Shown piece by piece: positions 55,902-64,000 of a stretch of 64,000 nt of DNA; the first letter of the stretch is position 1, and every line of letters begins with the position of its first letter. Position numbers and translations under genes: made by a program. Origin of the DNA: Wickerhamiella versatilis (Eukaryota); assembly GCA_030867685.1 (NCBI GenBank), contig JAQOWU010000007.1, positions 1 to 64,000 on the forward strand, written 5' to 3'. The notes under the pieces are model-generated. The model did no database searches, was not told the origin of the DNA, and saw only the letters and a list, made by a program, of their open reading frames with translations.

Positions 55902-57960
55902 CTCACTCTAGGCGTATGCTACGAAGGCCGCTGGCCGTCGGTTTGATATTCAATACTTTGATTACATCTATATTCGCTGCCATGTTCCATGGTTACGAGG
56001 AACAAGCTACTCTATCTTCTCAATATCTGGGTTAGAGGCGGATCTGTCCGGAAGTATATGCATGTCTGTATATGCATACATGACCAGAAGTAGTCGAACA
56101 AACTTCTAGCAATGTCACGTGTTAGTGGGCGGACACTGGGCAGGAATGCCATGATGTTGAATATCATTTGACGGCTCGGAACTGAATCCACGGCGAGGAA
56201 GGAATGAACAACTTCCAGCGAAACCTGATCTAGAAGGGCCCATGTTTGGCTTATAGAGAAGTAGGTGGGGCGGACGCGCATCCAAAAAGTGACACTTACA
56301 TCTTCTGGAGCCTAAAGGTAGTTCGCCTAGCCTACTTTTGAGCTGCCTAACATTTCCATCCATTTGACAGACAGACTTACGTTTGATAGACACTAAACGT
56401 GAAGGACGTAGTAGGCATAAGATTAGAAATAAAGGCACTTGCAGGTAAATGTTTTAGTGCATAATGGAGACAGAAGCCATTTAAATAACACTGGGTGTCG
56501 AATATAGAGAGTTAAGCAAAATAGCCCAATCAGCAGTTGGGGCTTTGGCTAATAGCTCTGCAACTAAAGATCGAACTATAAATTGTTAGCTCTATCGAAA
56601 CGAAAGCCTGTCTTACTGCGTACGCCACCAGTGGCCTATCTCACATACGTGTCTGCAGACTTTACGTCATTACATTGGAGGCTCCCTACCTTTTGCCCAT
56701 ATAGTCAGAACTCATTGCATCATGCGCTTTTTTTTTGATTATCGTGATCATCCTCAGTGAATATTATACGTTAACCTCAAGGTTTGCGCTGCTGAGACTA
56801 CTAGGAAAGTAATGGTAGTCGATCAAGAAATATACATATGTAGGGTAAGATATTGCTTATGCTATGCAGAGCACTATTCCGCCAGGACCGGAAAAATTTC
56901 ATGGTCAGAGATCGATCGGTCACGCATTGTGGATGGGACCATGACTTATCATTCTCCAATGGGATATCTTGCATGGCCCTCCTAGTTACAGCTAGTGAAG
57001 TGGGAATGATTGGACCAACTCTCACATCTTTCTGGATACTTATATATTATGTAATCGGGTTAAAAAGCTGCAAACATGGTCTAGAAGCCTGATATCTCGT
57101 AATCAATGACATGGGCATATGCATTACGAAATACCGAAGACACCTTGTGTAATGTGGTAGGGTTTCAGGTCGGGTAGGTACGCTAGGTGTGATTTGTCTC
57201 AGTGATACCCATCAAATCCTCACCATCAAACGCATATATTGCAAATGTAGATCCTCACCGCCATCGGGCGTATGGTGATCGCATCTAGCCGCACATTGGT
57301 ATCTTCTTAAGTGCGGCTTTTCCTGCATTGAACAACCAACCAAATACATGTCGGGGTTCAGAACAGTATACTGTTTCAGGAGATACCTGATATAAACATA
57401 TAGCATACGTATATCAAGAATAGTATGAAAAGTGAGCCGCCCACGTATGTATCAAAGGACAAGGGTTCTTTACTTCGCATTCCGAGCAAACATGAAAGCA
57501 CCAGAATGGCCCACGATTCTGATTGAATGTAAATCCTTGAGATTCGTAATTAGGGTAAATCGTTTATCAAACTTTCCTCATGTGTTATATCATCGAAGAC
57601 GGTCCGATGCCTGGAGGTAATCTTGAGAGCTTCCTTCAGATTATCCCACCAAATTACTTTGGTTTCCCTCACTATGCTTCGCGGGAGAGGAAGACAAAGT
57701 CGCTGTTTTCAGTTTGTTTTGCGGAAATTGGCATAGGTTTGAATGCTTGTAAATTTCTCCTTGTACGATTTTTTACCTAAACACTGAATTCGCGATTGAG
57801 GCTAAATTCGAGGAGCTGTATGTGATCTATAGTCGTAAAATAATAGCCCTGGCTTGAGCGATCAAGAAAAAAAATATCACAACCGTACCGGGAATCCATT
57901 CTGCTGGCTGAATAACCTTGAATTGTAGCCCTACATCAGAGCCTTGCTGTTCCCGGACAA

Positions 57961-57994
57961 AGTGAAGTGGGCTATCTTGCATTGTCCAACCAGT
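57961..57994 (+). repeat. Dispersed 41-bp repeat fragment
   Basis: AGTGAAGTGGGCTATCTTGCATTGTCCAACCAGT, exact match to the unit. Confidence 0.95.
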
Positions 57995-59485
57995 ATCCCG
58001 AAGGGCACTTCGACTGAGCGAATCTTAAAGTAATATTCATAAAGCTAGAGGTCGATGAAAGTTCATCTATTTAATGTAGTTTCACCCTACATAGCACAGG
58101 CAGGAGGAAGTACACAATTGCACCCTCTTTCACAGAATTTTGGAATTATTGAACTCCTAGCAATACGAACTTTTTTGAAAAAGGCGTTATAGGGGGAGCC
58201 GTGCAGTTAAGATAGTATACTCACTTCTCTTAGTTGGTGAGGCAGTGCGGTGAAATAGCGACAAATAGGGCTTGGGTTTTGTGTCTACCAACTTAAAGCC
58301 TATACGCGGCCAGCATTCGCAGAAACCCATATTTAAGGAAAATTATTTGAGAATTGGATGTTTTCCGTTACAACATGTTTCAAATGAAGAACAGTTTTTC
58401 ACTCGATCGCTTCGTTCGGCCTTTGCCTGGTTGCCGAATGCAAGGTGCCCACGGTCTAGATTTTTTCTGACGTTCTATTTTTGGGCTCAAATGCATCCTT
58501 ACCATGCCCTGCATATGCCCTGCATGTGTCTTACCTATGCAGAAGCTCTGAACGATTTGCTGGATGTGGTTTTCAATTTACTAAAAACAATTCCTAGAAG
58601 CTCTCTGTATAGTTCATTTGAAAATATCTACACATCACATCACGGTATATCCCAGATTCTCTAGGTATCCTCCGAGGTTGCAAGCACACACCCTATCAGG
58701 CAGGACTCGAGAATTTAGTAACCTTCCATCTTCTTCACGATGTCAAAGTTAGAACAGCTTGCATAGTATTAACATGACGAAAAGTCTACAGGTTTATATG
58801 ACCAACAGCCATAACCTTTCCTTACAATGTGCCACTTTGTGCTCAAAACACCCACTGGTGACACACCCACGATTTTCATGGCCATGTAGTCTTTACCCTG
58901 ATTTAAGCGTTTCTTCCTTCACTTCATCGTTATGCAGGGAACAACCTCAGTGCCCGTTGCTGGTATTAGGGACAACTAGCGCCTCCCACACTGCCCACAC
59001 CGAATCACCCGCAATTATGGGATTCACGGATGTTATAGCAGGGTCTAAAGATTGGAATTAAGAGGTACTATCTTAAACAATTTCCATTTAGGATGGGGTA
59101 GAATGCAGAACAAAAACTCGCCATTCATAAGAGCGAGTAAAACCTCAGATAAGTCATATCATAGCCAATCATATTTTAATCTATTTCCTTTGCAAAGTGA
59201 ACGAAGGCGTAGTTTTGGGTCTGTCATGGCGGTAATCGCATAATTAAGGTTTGGGGAGGAAAATGGCGAGGTACGATGGGCATGCATGCATTATTGCAAG
59301 TATTGTAGAATATCTAGGAAGCGGCAAAGCTCTTAAATGGATCTTCGAATTTCAACTTTGAAATTATCTGTCCTAAATGGCCTTTATGAAACTCTGACAG
59401 AAGCCGCATTATCATACCTAGTGGCATTGTCCAACAGCGGATATTCTGTAGTATTACTAATTCATGACTGAAATTCGCTCGCGGC

Positions 59486-59514
59486 AAGTGGGCTATCTTG
59501 CATTGTACAACCAG
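59486..59514 (+). repeat. Dispersed 41-bp repeat fragment
   Basis: AAGTGGGCTATCTTGCATTGTACAACCAG. Confidence 0.92.
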
Positions 59515-59569
59515 CAAAAATCTTAACTGTAAAAGACAAATATACATCAACGAGGCGTCTCAAAGTATT

Positions 59570-60175
59570 ATGGATTTGTCGGCGATCGTCGAGGGGTTCT
59601 CTTATCGCAATGAAGGGGGGCTCAATAGCCCTGACAGGGCAGAAGAATTGATGACAAGTATGAGAAGAATTGAACACCAACTCGCGTCTTATTTACTTTC
59701 AAGAGAGCAGAATCTTGGTATGGACGTTAGGCATTTCCCTTCACGTTCGAATATAGCGCCATTTACTAGGCGTTCTGAGGTAATACCTGAAGAATCCTCT
59801 AATAAAGACATAATATACAGCACGATCAATGGTGGTGAGGAGCCTAGCAGTACTCTACTACCAGGATCAATCGAGAGAGAAATCATATGTCTACCTGATA
59901 ATGAGAAAATGGAACTGGTAAAAACCTTGAGTATGTCCAGGATCCGCACGAATGGACATGCTATCTGTGTCATATGTCATCGAGAGTTCAGGAAAAGATA
60001 TGATCTTTTGAGGCACTTATGTATTCATCTTGATTTGCGCCCTTACAGATGTAAAATCTGTGCAAAACGTTTCGTGCAGAAGGGGGCGGCTATGGTGCAC
60101 ATGAAGACTCACGTACGCCAACAAGTTCGAAGTTCCATGCATAATGCATGGCTCACTTTAGACAGAAGTAAGTGA
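59570..60175 (+). CDS. C2H2 zinc-finger protein (two fingers)
   Basis: CVICHREFRKRYDLLRHLCIH-LDLRPY-RCKICAKRFVQKGAAMVHMKTH; first ATG at 59570. Confidence 0.88.
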   Translation: MDLSAIVEGFSYRNEGGLNSPDRAEELMTSMRRIEHQLASYLLSREQNLGMDVRHFPSRSNIAPFTRRSEVIPEESSNKDIIYSTINGGEEPSSTLLPGSIEREIICLPDNEKMELVKTLSMSRIRTNGHAICVICHREFRKRYDLLRHLCIHLDLRPYRCKICAKRFVQKGAAMVHMKTHVRQQVRSSMHNAWLTLDRSK

Positions 60176-60346
60176 GTTTAATCTTTTCTTATAGAAGCTA
60201 GTAGCGATATAGATGCAGTAATTATGTAGGTTCCTTATATCACAAAAAATAGCCTTTCTATCCTTCACTGTGACCAACCAGTCTGAGGCAATGCATTACT
60301 TGCTCCTTGAATTGAAGAAAAAGTCAGAAGAGAAAACATAAACTTT

Positions 60347-60720
60347 CTACCTTCTGGGTAGACGATTGTCGCTCAGAGGACCACCACTGAATGGAACATA
60401 CCCTATCCCAAAAACCACTCCTGCATCAGCCAAATCTGCATCTTCCACGATACCTTCTTTCGCCAGTTGACGTGTAACTTGTAACGTGTAACGTGGTTCA
60501 ACAAGATTTGTAGTGAATCCTAAGCCAAGTGCTCCTGAGTACGTATGTATTTTTTCCCTCTGAATTACCTTTTTTCCAGGTGTAAAATCCCAATAGAAGA
60601 TGCGTAATAACCTTAACAATTAAACTAAGATCATCTTGTTACCTAATTGTTTACTCCACGCTAGTTGATAAAAACACGTTTACTATCTGGTCTTCCAGTG
60701 GCCCCATAGTACTTTTGGTG
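60347..60720 (-). pseudogene. Remnant of bacterial FadJ/FadB-type 3-hydroxyacyl-CoA dehydrogenase C-terminus
   Basis: LAKEGIVEDADLADAGVVFGIGYVPFSGGPL; degraded MGPLE and FYW..GK segments upstream; no ATG-led full gene. Confidence 0.65.
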
Positions 60721-60960
60721 ATTCCAATATGTATGCTCCTACGGGTCGTTTACTCGCGATATGCCTTGTTTTAATATCTGGGACTGTTCAGGTGATGCCG
60801 CAAAATTAGCTCGTTTTTGAGCATTAATGGAAAGCAAATAAGCAATTAACATTAAAAACAAGCATGTTAGTAAAGGTATATTCGAATCCGTTGGATCAAA
60901 CCTATGGCATGAGCGTGTTACGCGGTAAGTAGTATATTACGGCATATATGTGAAATCACT

Positions 60961-61087
60961 AAGTGGGCTATCTTCCAATGCCTAACCATGAGGGGCTGAG
61001 ATATACACCTCATGTCATTAGTTTGTTTTCCATCCCTACCTAGATACAAATAAATATGAGTGGGCTATCTTGTACTGTACAACCAGT
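60961..61087 (+). repeat. Two 41-bp repeat fragments (60961-60988; 61059-61087)
   Basis: AAGTGGGCTATCTTCCAATGCCTAACCA; AGTGGGCTATCTTGTACTGTACAACCAGT. Confidence 0.85.
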
Positions 61088-61112
61088 TGAAGAAGTGATG
61101 CACTTTTCACCA

Positions 61113-62357
61113 TTAGCTGTTGTGATACTGATTGAATAGTCTCTTCCCCCCTCCAAGGATGGGAAGTAGATCATAAAGTAGACATTCATGGTACTCCAGC
61201 TGAAACTTATCACGGTTCTTCTCACACTGGCACCGGCATCCAACCCCATTCACTCTTACTGAATCAGGAACCATGCCGTCTTCGTTAAGTAAAGTGATTT
61301 GTCTATTTGGTGCGTTTCCAGGACAAAGTCCGAGTGTTGAGTGCGAATATCCAATGTCACGGAAGTAATGTATCTGACTCGCATTCAGCATCATAGCAAC
61401 CGCGAGTGTATGTACGGGTGCATCTCCCCAGCGCTCTCTCCAGAAGCCCCCAGCTTCATCCAAACTCCTGAAATACTCAGCATATAAGGGATTGTCCCAC
61501 AAGTCTACCCGGGCGATCTCAAAATTTGACCAGAAATGGCACATATTGAACACTTCATTCCCCATCGGCTCACTAAATTCTGGATTAGAATCTTTTCTGG
61601 CATCCTGGGTACATAATGCAACCGTCTCCCACAAATCCGTCTCAGGGAGATTCCAAGTTCTCTTGAATGCCTGTGCATACCGAAAAAGACTTTCCACAGT
61701 GTTTCTTCTTTCGCGTATAAATGCATTGAATCCATACCATTTGTCATGACGCTCCATTTCAGTAAAGACATCATAGGTTGTATCACAAAGATATTGAACA
61801 TCCGGTTCAACTCTCCAGTACCACCTATATTTCGAAACGAGCGGATGCTTGAAGAAAAAGCCGCTGAAAAAACGACACATTTGGTGGTAAGACTTCTGGT
61901 CTCCATATTTTACATTGTGTTTAGCTTGATATGCTAGCGCCTCTGTAATCCAACTCTCATCAATCTCTCTGGGAAATTCCCAATGCTCTGCAGGAATGAC
62001 CCCAAATTCGCATTTAGATTCGGTCTCCTGTTGTATGCGATAGATAAACTCCTCTGTAAAAGGCTCATCATTTAGAAAAGTCCACGGGTAATGAAACCAA
62101 TGGTTGAAATGAACTTCCATTGATCTCACACTCTGAATTATCCCTTCAAGATCTGAGTTACGAGACAGGACAAGAAGAGTTGCGTTTGCACGCGGTCCTG
62201 ACACATCGGGCTCGCGGCAGCCCACCACAAAAGGTTCATCCCACTTCCCACCCATGCCCGGATGTCTCCATATCCACAACCTATATGCATAAATTCCACA
62301 AAAAGCTACAGTCATAAACAAGAGCAGTTCCAAACAACTTCGTTTCCGCCATCTCAT
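61113..62357 (-). CDS. GT15 (KRE2/KTR family) alpha-1,2-mannosyltransferase, Ktr5/7-like
   Basis: Type II anchor; YPWTFLNDEPF, SYHQMCRFFSG, YWRVEPD, CHFWSNFEIA and ERWGDAPVH. Confidence 0.94.
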   Translation of the reverse strand: MRWRKRSCLELLLFMTVAFCGIYAYRLWIWRHPGMGGKWDEPFVVGCREPDVSGPRANATLLVLSRNSDLEGIIQSVRSMEVHFNHWFHYPWTFLNDEPFTEEFIYRIQQETESKCEFGVIPAEHWEFPREIDESWITEALAYQAKHNVKYGDQKSYHQMCRFFSGFFFKHPLVSKYRWYWRVEPDVQYLCDTTYDVFTEMERHDKWYGFNAFIRERRNTVESLFRYAQAFKRTWNLPETDLWETVALCTQDARKDSNPEFSEPMGNEVFNMCHFWSNFEIARVDLWDNPLYAEYFRSLDEAGGFWRERWGDAPVHTLAVAMMLNASQIHYFRDIGYSHSTLGLCPGNAPNRQITLLNEDGMVPDSVRVNGVGCRCQCEKNRDKFQLEYHECLLYDLLPILGGGKRLFNQYHNS

Positions 62358-63195
62358 TCGCAAATAGTGTTACTAATCATTGCAAATTCTACCGACTACT
62401 TCTCCAAGCATTTGACACTTTGCCCTCTGAGAAGAAGGCTGAATTCACAATTACGGCAGTTTCTGCTTCATATTCTTGACAGTGATATAAGTTAGATTCT
62501 TCAATAGCCATAGCTGAGTTCCGTGACCTCATTTGTCCTTGAAACAGCCGCTAATCAGGTGCTACATGTAATATATTAAGTTACTGTAAGTGGCGCAACT
62601 TCAACTGCTAAAGTGGAAATGATATCCTTTATACTATTTTTGGTGCTTGGGCATACTAGGCGACAATACTATATACTGCATAGAAAATGCCTTGGCTTTT
62701 AATCCTTTGAATTTAGCGAATTGTCGAATGTCGCAAGCGTGACAGCTCAGAAATTATATTTCCAGTGAAATAGCAAATGATTTGGGGGTGCTTTGTTTGA
62801 TTTCGAAAGCTTATACAGAAACATCAACTTAGTCCTGACGCAATTATGGCTTAAATATTTTCCCTGGCTCGAACACTTCTACAAACATACGTACCCCGGG
62901 GGACGGTAAACCACCCGAGTAGTCATCCACTCACCCTTAGTATGAGGAAAGCGGCAGCGGCAGCGGCAGAGAGTCAAGCGCTGAACCCCCAATCAATTTT
63001 GGCTCAGGTTTTCATGAGAGCGTCTACTTTTCTCACGCGGCTTTGATCGCAGATATGAATTTTATCTTGAAAAGTCGACACAACTATCGTGAAAAGTATA
63101 TGGCCTGCAAATTATTCTTGCGGTAGTGTTAGCGTACCAGTATTTGGAGAAATTTTGCCTCGGTCTGGGGTCGATTAGCGAGAGCAAAAGGGTTC

Positions 63196-63492
63196 GACAA
63201 TGCAAGATATCTCTTAGTAATCCGGCGAGTAAGAATGGTCAGGTAACCTGGGAATAAGAGGAGTTCTTTCTCCGTAATAAATTTTTTTGGCATCAATAAC
63301 AATATCTTATCTTCTTAGTTACCTTTCAGCATTTATACTTACTTGTTTACCAATACCATAATCATATATCACATTCATTGCGTTACCTTCTCCCCCGTGG
63401 TGTCGTAGGTTCCTTGATCCCTCTGCCGCAACCACTATCGAGATTTTGGGCTATCTTGCGACTAAAGTGGCTATCTTGCATTGTCCAGCCAG
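63196..63492. repeat. 41-bp repeat fragments (63196-63209 minus; 63448-63459 and 63465-63492 plus)
   Basis: GACAATGCAAGATA; GGGCTATCTTGC; AAGTGGCTATCTTGCATTGTCCAGCCAG. Confidence 0.85.
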
Positions 63493-63802
63493 GCTTGAAA
63501 TAGCATCATTGCAGTTCTCCTGGCGGAAGCTTCTAAACATCTATATTTTCGTGTTAGATTATCTATTACGAAGCATCATATCAGTGGTGATCAGAACAAT
63601 ATAGCCCACTACCATTTACACTACCATTTTAGCATACTCTTATTAGGCTAGTTCCTACAGCTTTCCTAAGCTGACCTCTCGGAGTTTCAGGCATAATTTC
63701 ATCCTGTATGGCCCTATTAGTGTCAAATGCTGGCACGAGGTGTAAAATGACGCATGTTGTTTCTTGCTTTCAACATTAATAATCCGTAGTCCCCCGCGAA
63801 GC

Positions 63803-64000
63803 ATGACCACTCAAGATAACGATTTATCCGAGAAAAAGGATATTCCGCCCACGTATGTAGAGGCAACTAAGATACGACCCTTGGTTTTTTACCCTATTGA
63901 CGGATCGCTGCCTCATGACATTGTCACCACGAAGACTGTATCATCCGACGAGTGCATTGCCCACCTCAAGCTCATCAGCATTTTTTCAGACTTACGGGAA
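63803..64000 (+). CDS. Partial ORF running off the window end; conserved fungal protein (possibly GRDP/DUF1399-like)
   Basis: MTTQDNDLSEKKDIPPTY...DECIAHLKLISIFSDLRE, open to the end of the window. Confidence 0.6.
   Translation, partial: MTTQDNDLSEKKDIPPTYVEATKIRPLVFYPIDGSLPHDIVTTKTVSSDECIAHLKLISIFSDLRE

Noticed and set aside
1-64000. Transposase, integrase, reverse transcriptase or helicase that might mobilise the modules
   Set aside because: No ORF shows such motifs; any machinery must be encoded elsewhere.
1-64000. 41-bp repeat as a solo LTR, tRNA or MITE
   Set aside because: Too short, circularly permuted endpoints, occurs in tandem, and no consistent terminal repeats, target duplications or cloverleaf.

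Overview
Fungal (budding-yeast-like, apparently intronless) subtelomeric region. The many bacterial-type genes suggest a clade such as Starmerella/Wickerhamiella, but this is inference. Bases 1 to ~1135 are a low-quality inverted (fold-back) copy of ~1135-2343. The fold centre lies in a degraded tandem array of a 41-bp unit (GTGGGCTATCTTGCATTGTCCAACCAGTCTCAGGTAGTGAA), and a cleaner array sits at 1760-1899. This suggests an unusually long telomere-type repeat at a chromosome end. About 40 fragments of the same unit, roughly three quarters in the terminal orientation, lie only in intergenic DNA and split the window into cassette-like modules of 1-3 genes. The modules hold bacterial-type genes (OYE, nitronate monooxygenase, SxxK esterase, flavin reductase, chagasin inhibitor, GH20-LamG, beta-helix protein, GNAT, YghA-like SDR, plus SDR and FadJ remnants). 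They also hold secreted fungal enzymes (CalA-like lipase, GH93-like hydrolase, subtilisin, acid phosphatase), cell-wall and adhesin genes, transporters, transcription factors, probable extra copies of core genes (AAC, ATO, KTR) and pseudogenes. Best candidate for a new system: telomere-repeat-delimited accretion of gene cassettes at a chromosome end.
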